A stretch of DNA of 64,000 nt, from contig OZ037772.1 of the NCBI GenBank assembly GCA_964035545.1, positions 12,398,818-12,462,817 on the forward strand, written 5' to 3'. The notes below the pieces were generated by a model, which saw only the letters and a list, made by a program, of their open reading frames with translations, had not been told where the DNA came from and ran no database searches. Of this stretch, positions 43,801-55,750 are shown one piece after another (positions within the stretch are counted from its first letter, which is position 1; each line of letters opens with the position of its first letter). Origin of the DNA: Bugula neritina (taxonomy: Eukaryota > Animalia > Bryozoa). The translations under genes and the position numbers were made by a program.

Positions 43801-45320
43801 CTGTAATACAGGTTCACCAGTTGAGTTGTGCTGCAGATATCATGTGCCTATAATAACACATTCTGACCACTAGATGGTTTCACGGATGGGTAGTCAAATC
43901 AATAAAATATAATTCCAAGTGTGTAAATTTCAAAATTGCTCTCTTTAAGAAATATTCTAATTTAAAAAACATTAATCAGATGTTTAGACCTTAATTAATG
44001 CTGTAAATCTTGTTTTCTCTGTATATTTTGCTTATATCTTTTAATATAATATTATAATAAAATTCAAATAAATGTATGGGGAGATAACTCCTGATTTTTC
44101 ATTATCTTTGGTATACACTTATATAACAATAAAAGTAAGCTGAGAAATCAACTACAGTGAAAATGTCAAATTCGTTGGTCTACTTTTAGATCCTGTGGGC
44201 TACACAAGAGAAATCAAACGCTCTTTTTCGGATGGAAATCATTTTAAGTCACATAAGACAATTCAACTTTCATATCTCTTTATTGTGAAAAAAGGCATTT
44301 TACTTAATACTCTTTCCTAAACTGCTTTTCTGTTGTAAAAACATTATTTTATGAAATAAATAAATTGAATTTTAGCATCAATATAGAGAAAAATCTAATT
44401 GTGTATTTATAAAACTGGAAGCATAAAAGAAAATCTATACATCCTCAAAATCTATAGAGTGTTTCAAGATAAAACTTCACCTATATATAATATTAAATAC
44501 AACTAGAGCCAGAAGTATGCATCGTTTTCTCACAAGGGCAAGCAACTCGTTATGTGTCAATTTTCTAGCAGTGACGCGTTGCCATTCCATACAACCGGCA
44601 GCAACCATTGTACACTTATTTGCTTTGTATCATGACTACTGACCATAGGTATCTTACAAGCTAAATATATTTTATTAGTTCAATTATCAACGGTTTGTTT
44701 ATTTAAAAAATCTTACATATTTGCCACATAAAAGAGTGATCATACATATAGAGAAAATGCTATTTTGTCACCAAATCGAGCAAACAGCAGGGGATTCGGC
44801 AACTAAATGTGTAAGGACTAGATATATCCTACGATAAGTACTTTGTTATTTGAATTATGACAGTACCAGCAGTGATATACACTGTCTGGACCGTAGGCCA
44901 AGGGTGCGTCTTGCGACACTAAGTACGATTCAACTAGATAACCTCAGCTGCATTAGTAAGTTGACTGAACAACTTAGTCTGATATTTACCTTTAATGTAA
45001 CTATAAAGATCGCTAGTTGATTCGTGTGAATGTAACCGTGCGCTATAAACACACTCTGCCAAAGCGATGGTTTGCGCCAATATTAGTTCAATTTCAACTG
45101 CGTTAAAAACGGTGTTCAAGATTGTCATAGTTTATGTAAACTGTTGAACTAATAAAAATAATAAATTATTATTATTCAATCGTTTTATTATTCAATTAAA
45201 ATCATTTTTAAATTTACTCTTAATTATTTTTCTGATTTTTATATAGCAAATTTCATTGCAAACACAACTAAAAACACACCATGGGAGATAAACCCTAAAA
45301 CTTTGATTGTTTCGATAATA
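40860..45320. mobile_element. ~4.4-kb imperfect palindrome (foldback-like non-autonomous element or old inverted duplication)
   Basis: Inverse-complement pairs: 40890-40915/45270-45298; 41118-41330/44854-45062 (about 90% by eye); 41878-42700/43480-44330; 42813-42874/43297-43358. Common axis ~43090; unpaired spacer ~42980-43195. No long ORF; termini and TSD not identified. Confidence 0.75.
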
Positions 45321-46356
45321 ATGTATTGCAAGTTCCAATATAACATAATGGACAGCGTGAATAAAATTAGTTTGAGCAGTACGAGTATTCTTAAAAGTCT
45401 AATTTTTTAGTAATAAATAGTTTGGTGAGTTAAACCAACACTAAGACATGTTTTCCATTGCTGTGATAGTTGTGTTACATATGTCCCTGTCAAATTGGTG
45501 TAACAAAAATAAACTCCCTATATAAAACCATGAAAAAATAAACTATATTGTTTTAAAAACTCACTAAAAAAACTTTCAAATTTTAGAAAACTGCATATTA
45601 TTAAATGATAAGCGAATTAATTATTCTAATAACATTACTTTTTTAGGCGTAGAAATAGTTGAAAGTTTAAATGGGAGCTGCCGCATCTCATACCTACTTT
45701 TACAAATCAGACCGCTTGGTGGATCAATATACGTTGTTCTGAACATCGCCCTCAAAAAGTTTTACTTTTAATTTATATCGTGCTTTTATCAATTCCAAGT
45801 TAAATTATTGTGCAGAGGCTCGCGGGGAAATCATGCAGCTAATAAACATCTAAAAATAATTTTTATCTTTCAAAAAAGGTAATGGGCATTTTGAACAAAA
45901 ACCTTTTAACCTTTTAACTAGCCGTCGACGCCTTTATTTGTTAAGCATAAAGTACTGCCCATATACCATATCCCAGATTTACCGGTTTAGAGTGCTAAAG
46001 AATGCTCATTCAAATTTCTATTTCAGTAATTTTCAGCCCATATCCTCTATCAATACTCATCAATCAGTCATAAACATTTTCCTCACTCTGAATGATCAAT
46101 ATTAATAACGATTATAACAATTATAGTCATTTTAATTATAGCATGCCTAATATTTATTGTAGAGTTGTCTTCTTAATCCGCAAAATGTTAACTTCTATTC
46201 TTTCGAGCAATAACTTTATTCAAAAAATGACGTAATTTTATTAAAAATAGAAAATTTAATTTAAAATTAATGTAATTAAAATAAAATTTTCACAACAGTT
46301 CTTTAAGACATAGTTTGTTAGCGCGCATCGAACAATTGTCGGGACAGTAAATTGGT

Positions 46357-46383
46357 CTTTTCCGGCCATACATCAACCGCGAG
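46357..46383 (+). promoter_or_regulatory. TCT/5'-TOP-type start and non-coding exon 1 of RPL28
   Basis: Pyrimidine tract CTTTTCC followed by GAG|GTGAGT donor at 46384, typical of ribosomal protein genes. Confidence 0.75.
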
Positions 46384-46766
46384 GTGAGTGAATTTTTTTT
46401 CTTTATAACTTTTCTCGTCGTTATTCTGGTATAATTGTAATAATATGAGTATCATTTATTCCGCGTATCTGCTAAAAGTATATAATAAAATTAAAATGAG
46501 ATGTTTGGCATCCAAATGAAAGTCAAAGCGTTTTCATTGTCAATCAGACTGAGACAATAGACATACTCATGCTGAAGAGTGATGAGGCATCGAGTTCCAT
46601 GACTCCTTGCGATAACAATGTGTGAAGCAAAATTAGCACTGGAAGTATATTTACTTTAACATTTACCTTGTGCACAGCTGACGGCCCTATTCATACAGTG
46701 ATGGCTATTTTGAATTCTTAATTCTTCTAGATTGTCTCATATTTTCTTGTAATTCTCAACTTGCAG

Positions 46767-47752
46767 ATGGCAAACGTATCTTCAGCTCTCCAGTGGTCTG
46801 TAATTAGAAAGAGTTCCTGCTTTCTCATCAAGAGAAATGGCAAGAACTACACAAAGGTAACAGTAATAACTTAACAACTTCACAGTAGGAGTACCGAGTT
46901 CACTTTCATGTTGTCCTCTTCAACTAGCCTACATGTATCTGTAACTTGTGATCTTGTAGGAGCCAAGTAACCTGCGAGGAGTAAACTCCTACAGGTATAA
47001 CGGTTTGGTGCAGGAGAAGACAGTCGGTGTTGAGGCTAGTGCTGATGGCAAGGGTGTCACTCTAGTCACCAAGAATAAGAACATAGTAAGTATGATTCAT
47101 TCAGAGAATGGTCCTCCGGAACTCGTACCTGCTTCCTAAAAATATATTCCTAAACGCGTTACCTTTCAGTAACACACATTCCTTAGTTTTGTTTTACAAT
47201 CTTAGCTTCTGTATAGTTATAGTCATACTCACTGATTGTATAGTTTCTAGTAATACTCACTCTATAGTTTATAGTCGTACTCACTGATTGTATAGTTTAT
47301 AGTCACACTCACTGATTGTATAGTTTATAGTCATAGTCACTGGTTGTATAGTTTATAGACGTACTCACTGATTGTAGAACAAACCAGTCAAGAGTCACAC
47401 TCGTATTCCACTCAAGAAGAATAACTCCAGGCGTGCTTTCAAAACTATCATGAAGACCTTGAAAGGTCAAGGATACCGAAAAGACTTGCAGACGGTAAGA
47501 ATTGCATCACTTCCTGTTGTTCTTCCTACTATCATATCTGACTACTGCTAGTTGTCACACCAGCAGTACTCTTACTACCAGCAAGTGCAGTGATACTAGT
47601 ACTGCTACTCTACTGCTACTACTACTACTCTACTGCTGCTAATCAGACTGAATAAAGTCGTGCTAACTCATATATTGTTTCTCTTGTAGCCTGCATTGAG
47701 ACGAGCCTCTACCATCCTGAGAACACAGAAGAATGCTGCCCAGAAAGCTTAG
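46767..47752 (+). CDS. RPL28: 60S ribosomal protein L28 (eL28), 131 aa
   Basis: Exons 46767-46856, 46960-47085, 47378-47494, 47690-47752: [63 protein letters not shown]...[21 protein letters not shown]; AATAAA at ~47801. Confidence 0.97.
47216..47377. repeat. ~29-bp repeat (TTATAGTCATACTCACTGATTGTATAGT-like) ending at an RPL28 acceptor
   Basis: The last unit ends CTGATTGTAG|AAC. Confidence 0.85.
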
Positions 47753-49199
47753 AATCATCACTCTTGGAATTGATCTTTTCTGTAGTTGATTTTTTACTCG
47801 AATAAAATGTTGAAAATCTATGAACGTTGTGTAATAATTTACCCAACTATGGTTATAATATCTTGCACGCAGCAAATGTAAGTCTCGCTAGAACGCTCAG
47901 TTTTGTACTAGGCTGATAGTAGAGAATCATTGTATAATATTCTAAGTATAATACTTGAATAGCTGGTTCAGTCTCACGCTTGTGCTATTCTGTGCCAGTT
48001 GAACTAGAAACTGGTTGTGGTGTGCAAAATGACTCAGAACTGTGAAGTTAATATAATATTATAAAGATGAATAATTTAGAGCTCAATAAAATGTATACAG
48101 GTGGAGGTGCAGAATTGCAACAAGCCTGTAAGGACAAGAATAAAAAAATATTCAGATAATACAAATGCTGTTTGTACAGTGTTCACTGTAGTACTACAAT
48201 ATTGCCTGAGCTGTGGTAATATGGCAGCATTGCCATTATATATATTGCCATAGCATGAAGCTAAATTCACTGCAATAATAATTCACCATGAGGTAGGCAT
48301 GACCAATTTAGAGTTGTGTCCTTTTCTTCAGTTAGAGGTATTGTCGCCATGTATTTTATATACTGGCCACAAATATTATTATGAGCCAATGGGATCAATG
48401 GTAAACGCTTTTTCACGATTACACTAATTTTTTTTCTACAATACATTAATGGTTTTTTTATTAAACATCAACTTCAAGTCCTATTTTTTTTCCTATTATA
48501 ATTATTAGTATTATAGCTCTGATACTGATAACATTTTAAAAACAGTAAGTAAGGAACCACTTAATGAAGTTTCAAATTATTATTTAGTTTTTTTCAGTGT
48601 AGGCATTTTTTCTTCCACTCGCTGTCTGATTCCGAAAACGACGACATTCACTTTGACTTTCAGATTCAGATTGGCCTTGGGATCCGGATTGTCAAACTGA
48701 AACTCAAAGTCAATGTCAATCTGAATCAGTGAATGTCATTGTGGTACTGATAGTGTTTGTCATTGTGATAATCATAATAAAGTTAAATGACTGCCAGTGT
48801 CACTATCTTTGTAATTGTCCTTTACACTTACAGTTTACTCATTCTGATTGAGTTTGACAAATGAAATTACTTTGAGAATAACATTTATTTTTTACAATAA
48901 TTATAATTATAATATTATTTAATTATCATTATCACTATCAGTGAGTATCACCATCAATATAAATATGACAATGAAATTGAATATGATAGTAATGATCATG
49001 AAGAGGAAGCATATTTACCAGATTTGAATGCAACAGCAATGAAATTGAATGAATGAATTAATGAATAAGATTTCAATTTGTGAGCTACTAGTATCAGTAC
49101 GAGTATTAGATAACAATGACCATCACAATGTGAAAGGTTTATTTTGATGCTTTCCTTTTGGTAGTTATATGCAATTGCAACTATAAGTACCAGATCAAA

Positions 49200-50749
49200 A
49201 TGGCCTCTAAAAGTCCGCAGGAGCGACTTCAAGCTGAGTTGAATGAACTAAAAAAAGTGCAAAGAGGTATGTTTGATTGCCTAACTTTAGTCTTAGCCTT
49301 TGGTATTTATTCAGTTTTAGTTAACTTTACCTTTCACTTCAACTCTCACTATCTGTGTCAATGTATACCATTTATAACTGCTATAACTATAAGCCATTCT
49401 TATTTTCTATTCAAAACTGTATATACTTTAAATATTGAAGTCAATTTGCCAGTACAGCAATCTATAATATTATATTTATAAACGTCACTCTGATTGTAAA
49501 TGATAAACCCTCTACAACTGAATAACAGCATCGGTGTCAAAAAGTTAATAACTCAAAGTTTATATGATGGTACCGTGCAGTAGACTATTGTAGAACTTGA
49601 GCAGAATGTGACTTTATATTCGCCACGATTGTGTATGATTGCTGTAGTTGTACAATATTCTTCTATTTAATGTTATTTTCATACTAGTTTTTCAAATAAG
49701 TTAGTCAATCTGCTGTAGACTTGCAGAAGGCAACTGAATCAAGACAGACTCTAGACGCACAGTTGAACGAGAACAAACTCGTGAAAGAGGAGCTAGATCT
49801 AGTAAAGGACAACACTAAAGTCTACAAATTGATAGGTCAGGATCATACTTTGTAGCATCTGCAGTCTGAAAAACCGGGTGGAGGTTATGCCTCACCTTCC
49901 TTTTTTACAACAGTAGGAATAGTGTTTGAGCTAGACTAGCGGAGAGTTATCACCTCTTATGTAATATTGGAAATTTCAGGGAAAACTAAGTTTATTTGTG
50001 ACACTTAAATGGCTAGTAACTTCAGGATTTTACCAAATCAAGTATAATACTAATAGTTTCCATGTAGATAAAGGTATCACCTCACTATTCAAACATCTTC
50101 TCGTTATAAACTAGTTAACTGTTACTAGAAGTTATATCAACTAGAAATTGTCTTCTCTTGTACTGTCAGGTCCAGCTCTGGTGCAGCAACCTCTAGTGGA
50201 GGCCAGACAGAACGTCAGTAAACGGATAGAGTACATCTCAGCTGAACTGTGAGTCTGTTTGTATCTCACCTTGACAGCGTTTGTTCTGATTGGATGCCTT
50301 TCACCCAATCATGTTTAAAGGCCTTTTTCAGACCTTTTCATGCAGTAAAAACTCTTAGTATTAGCATGTCTGTGTTATAGTATTAGCATTATATTATACC
50401 AAGTAGCTAATATTGCAATATTGTGTATTATATATTATATTAATATTTTATAGCATTTGAACTCTTTCTTCAAATGGAATTGCCAAGATTTTTAGTCAGG
50501 ACTTATTGTCTCTTTATAATGCTTTATTTTGTTCTAGAATGAGTCCTATATAATTGTAGATAGAATTGTTTATATCTATGCACTGAGTCGTATATATAAT
50601 TTCTAGATAGAATAATTTATATTTGTAGAAAGCGCAAGGAAGAGCAAGTGAAAGATCTGCAGAAGAAACAAGATGGCTGCCAGGAAAGCATGGCGAAACT
50701 GAAACAGGAATTTGACCAGCTGCCTCCCCAGCCCGCTGCCAATGCATAG
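49200..50749 (+). CDS. PFDN6: Prefoldin subunit 6, 127 aa
   Basis: Exons 49200-49266, 49719-49835, 50170-50248, 50629-50749: ...RQTLDAQLNENKLVKEELDLVKDNTKVYKLIGPALVQQPLVEARQNVSKRIEYISAELKR..., the beta-prefoldin PFDN6 signature. Confidence 0.96.
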
Positions 50750-51755
50750 ACTTCACTAAATATGCACCAACATAGTCTTATTTGACGGAGTTATCTCCCT
50801 GTTATAAATAGGCTAATATCTTAGCTTAAGTGTTTACAGAAAGAACAAATGTTGATTCGCTGTTTACAACTAGAGAGAGACAATCGGAGTAAATATCACA
50901 GTCTAGCTGAGCTCATTTACAGTTTGTTCAAAAGGTTGGACTCTGTAAACGTCTTTGGTGTGTTTATCCTTGGCTATTTCTGGCTTTACAACCTAGTTGT
51001 GTTTTACTGTAATTATCATTTTTAATTTTAATAAAAATATTAAATTTTCAGAGCATTTTTCATTCTTCCACAAGGTAATAGATCTATGCAATTTAATAGG
51101 TTGCATTTGTCAACACATGTATAATTATTTAGTGCAATAAGTTGCAGCACCAATGTTTTTCCAACAAATGCTGGTCCAGTTCATATTAGTTTGATTACTA
51201 CGACTCAACTGATTGGCTACTATTATCACATATTTGGTATAATTGGTTACAACCAACAAATGAAAATAAGCTTGCATACTAGTTGCTTCGCTTGCTACTA
51301 GTTGGCCAATCGAGGACTATATGACATTTTACATAATTAACAACTAAAGGCTCAATAACTATCATGCAACACGAATTATAACTATTTGAGATGGTTAATA
51401 TTTGTACTAAATTCTACAAGAAGACGATTCCTTATTTCAATCATCAACTTCCTACCTATTATATTCCTTTTATAATTGCAGTGTTTTACATAAATCCCTT
51501 ATATTTGTAATTTTACAAAATATTTTCCTGCAGAGAGTGTAACAGAAGTATACCATATATATCACAGCATATTAAAAATAAAATATAATATAAATAAATA
51601 TGACTAAAATTAATTGGCAGTTATTGCTATAAAATTATCAACTTTTGCACGATTTTGTTTTTTGATCACAGCAGATTAGGACACATCAGTATAAAATATA
51701 GCATCTTTATATAAAATATTATTAAATACAAATAGGTTGACTAGATAAGGTACAT

Positions 51756-52784
51756 TTACACTTGGGATGACAGCCAATCATCTTTCAGCAGCCACTTGAG
51801 ATGAGGCAGCGAGTCATCGGCATCAACGACAGCGCTGTAGTCAACATCATACCTTCTCTTTATGTCGTACGTAACGTCATAGCTTAGTCTCTTGAAACCG
51901 GAGAAGAATTGATTAGCAATAGATGGATTAAGAAACCTCAGACCGACATAGTCTTGTAGAAGGCGGGGAAGGGGGAGCTTATAGCAGTCCCGCACCACAT
52001 CTACATTACTCAGTCTACTACGGATCTTCAGTCTACACAGCTGCTGCAGGCTCAGGGGGTTCTCCTTAGCCTTACATATCAGCTTGTCAAACTTCTTGTT
52101 GACGGGGCGCTGGTCGTCCGCACAGTTGACGTGCTGACACACAATTCCTATCTCAATCATGGCTAGAGCAATAGGCAGCATCTCCTCGTCATAAGAGCTG
52201 GATACAATATAGGCCAGAGTGCACGGCGGCATGCAGGCTATCAGATAGAGCAAGTTCCGCGCCCCCCGGTAGTGGTGGTAGTTCACCGCAAACCTGAACG
52301 CCGGCACCATGAAGCTGTTAGACTTTGCCTCGGGATACAATCGGATAAAATTGTACAAAATTGCCGACTTGAAGCTAGATGCTTGCTCCAGATACCGTAA
52401 CAGCTTCTCTTGCACGGGTTTACTGAATCCTACGAGTAGTACTAACTCAATGTAGTTTCGCAGCAAATCTCGTTCTTTCTCTAAAGAAAAGTCCGTTGGT
52501 TTCAAAATAGTGAGCACTACGGACAGGAAGTAACGAATGTTGCCACATCGCAACTCATTTCCCATCCTTTTCGTGTCAAAACGCTTGTAAACAACGGACA
52601 AGGCTTTCTTCAGTGTCGCAACAACTGCTTCCTCTCCCTTGTCAAAGTACCCCGAGTGAAAGAGTTCCTCTAACAGATCAGAATCCTCCTGAATCATCGG
52701 CATTGTGATACGACCTTCACCCAGGCACTGCAGAGAAAATGTCTTCTCTGAAGCTTCCCTCTCGCCCATGTTTCTACAAAACAT
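51756..52784 (-). CDS. SOCS-box-containing protein (putative Elongin BC-cullin E3 substrate adaptor), 342 aa
   Basis: PLSLQQLCRLKIRSRL...KLPLPRLLQDYV is a canonical BC-box + cullin box. The N-terminal part looks helical and is unrecognised. An acceptor at 52841-52842 and a donor at 53340 imply 5'UTR exons. Confidence 0.85.
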   Translation of the reverse strand: MFCRNMGEREASEKTFSLQCLGEGRITMPMIQEDSDLLEELFHSGYFDKGEEAVVATLKKALSVVYKRFDTKRMGNELRCGNIRYFLSVVLTILKPTDFSLEKERDLLRNYIELVLLVGFSKPVQEKLLRYLEQASSFKSAILYNFIRLYPEAKSNSFMVPAFRFAVNYHHYRGARNLLYLIACMPPCTLAYIVSSSYDEEMLPIALAMIEIGIVCQHVNCADDQRPVNKKFDKLICKAKENPLSLQQLCRLKIRSRLSNVDVVRDCYKLPLPRLLQDYVGLRFLNPSIANQFFSGFKRLSYDVTYDIKRRYDVDYSAVVDADDSLPHLKWLLKDDWLSSQV

Positions 52785-54266
52785 CGCGATTACATTTTAG
52801 TAAGAAACCAGACACAAAGTAGATATAATTTTAGTATCTCCTACACAAGAGAGAGATAGTTTAGGAACGGCTTAGTCTAACCACCATTATTTAAAAGAAA
52901 TGAATAGTTATAGGAAGATGAAATGTTCAACATGTATTATAATAATATGCATAAAGCATATTTTACTTTTTAAATTTATAAAGTGTCTTCTTTAAGTAAC
53001 TACATCTTAATGATTCACCCAATTCTAGAGTTGTTAGCAGAAAAAACCCAGTATAAATATCAATGGAACGGACTACCAATAAACACAGCAACTATCCAAC
53101 TGAGCGGCATTGCGTCATTTTTAAAGTGTATTTATACTTTTAAATATCAAAATCTTAGCAGACTAGACCTTGCAAGGTGATGCAGAGATTTATTAACTGA
53201 ATTTATTTAAAACTGCTTTTGAGTGAACTAGTTTACCCAATCAGCACAATTATATGCCTATATTTGCTATACATGGCTCCCATTCCAACGCATCAAATCA
53301 AAGCAAGAAGAAATATCAGGTATTACACAGTTGTACTTACACGTGGCAGGAGTTGGTCTTAAGAATAGTGGTGAAGGATGTTGGTAGGTATGGTTGCCTT
53401 TCTTAGAAAGTGTCAACAGAGTAACAGCTCATCTTCAAAAGAAAATAACAAAGTTTCAAATTACAGAGTAAAACATTAAAATCACATAACTTATGAAGTC
53501 TTTTGTGCAAACTGAAGTTCTTCATTTAATTGATCATTTCAAATTGACTAAAAGATTTTAGTTTTAGTCAGTTTTCTAAATCAATGACATGATGATAACA
53601 ATTTAAAAAGCCAGTAATTATCAACTCACTCAATATGACAACTTACAATCAATCACAGTGAATGTGATCCTGGTAGCAATAATGAATAATACTAGGAGAT
53701 TGTGAATGATTATGGTTATTGAATTTGATAAGAATCAACACCTAAACCATGTCACTAAAAGCTGATAATGAATAATGATAGCCCATAACTATGACTATGG
53801 GCAATACTAATTCAGAGCTAGAATTAAAAGTCATACTATAAGTATAAGTTATAGTAAATCAATAATGCCATAAAATTACTATAACTAAAAGTAAATGGTT
53901 ATAGTACTTACTCTTACTAAGAGTCTTGGTCGTCAGTTACACTTACAGTTGAGTTAGTGTTACAGTTACGCTTTGACTTACTTTTACTTTTAGTGTCAAA
54001 CATAGTGTTAACAGTTTCTGTTAGTGTTACTGTTAATCACTTAATGTTTATATTTTGTTATGACCTATGAGTTAGTCAGTTACTCTTACTGTTATGAGTG
54101 CCACTGTCAGTGTTGGTGTTGCAAATACATATTCATATTGATATTGTCATATTGACATTCATATCGATATTTATATTATAAAATTATAATTTACTGTTAT
54201 TAATACTAATACTAACACTAATACTAATAGTAATAGTAATACTAATAGTAATAGGTATTAGTTTAG

Positions 54267-54396
54267 ATTTACCGAGTAGGCTGCATCTTCATCTTGCAGT
54301 TGTATCAAGGCACTGGCGCATAATAGAACACTGCTGGTTAGTCATGACTGTAACGGCGATTATTATTGACTTAGCATGACGCAAGAAAGAGTAAGT
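54267..54396. promoter_or_regulatory. Putative compact bidirectional promoter (SOCS-box gene - / first scramblase-like gene +)
   Basis: Outward-facing donors: - strand GTAAAT at 54272-54267 and + strand GTAAGT at 54391, enclosing a GC/CpG-richer ~120 bp with bZIP-type motifs. Confidence 0.45.
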
Positions 54397-55750
54397 TACT
54401 ACCATAAAAAGGCTCAAAATGATAATAAATTATAAAGATAAATTTTGGTAGTACCGGATGTTGTTCTTTTGCAGACTGCGAGTTCCTAATGAAAGGGCTG
54501 AAAAGACAACTCTATGGCATACCTTGCAAAGATGATCTTTTAACTTATAAAATATATAAAAAAAAATATACCAAGTTCATGCAGTATACTGAATTTCATA
54601 AGTTTTAGAAATGCATGAGATTTATTCGTCTATTATTTCTATCTCTATGCACCTCATTTACACTAAACGCTATATTGTTTATGATGAGAGTTATAAGCAA
54701 TAGATTGCAGTCATTTCACATATGCATGCACTGTTTTAATAGCATCAGGAGGCAAATTGTCAACTTAGCTTATTATGATTTCAGCCTTGCCCCAATAAAC
54801 AACAATCATTAGGCCACACAGCTAGACTACTTCTTTCTTTGCATAGTATAGGATGTGCATCAGGGTGTTACCATGCCCTCCAACTTAATAAAATACAATG
54901 CTATAAAGCAATCTATCATTAGCATAGTGCTGAAAAACTAATGTTTTTCAGCTGTATGTCATATGCATTGACTATTTTATTAATCAGTAGTTTGATTAGC
55001 GATTCCTTTAAGGTTAAATGCTGCCCATTTCTTTTTGCTATAAATGTAAAAATTTTACTAAAAGTTATTTTCATATGATACTTTTAGCCTAAAGCTAAAA
55101 TGCTTAATTTAATGAAATAATCTGAGCTATAAGCGTAATTTGTTGCATCACCTGAATGTACATTTAGTGTTGGTCAAAATAAATATTATTATTATCATAG
55201 ATACGCATTACTTGGACAATATTTTAATATATTTGTAAATAGCATAAAATTAATGCCAAAAATAAATTAATAACAAGTAATTTGGTATTATATAATATAT
55301 TCAAAGCTCATACATCAAAACTGCTCAAAGAAAACTTTTTACAGCACATTTATTAACCAGAAAAATTTAGACTATACTGAGTGGCACATGAGTAGTTAAG
55401 TTGTTTGAGGTAAGTTGTTGATATTGCAGCACCCAAACAACAACGTGCCTTTGGTTATATATATATATATATATTAGGCTATATATTTGGAACATTGTCA
55501 CACACATAAGTTTCAAGCAAACTGAACTTCAAAAATAGAAAGCAGCAGTCTGTAACCTAAGCAGTAACGTCTGTATTTTAAATCACCGGTTAAATTAATT
55601 GTCTTTCAAAGAATTACTGTTACTTTTTATAAGTAATTCAACAATAACAAAATCTTTAAAATGGCATTGAATAGTTTAAATTATCTACATTGATAGAATG
55701 TTTTATTAGTATTTTTACACTTATATATAGTAATTACAGTCTAAATCAAA

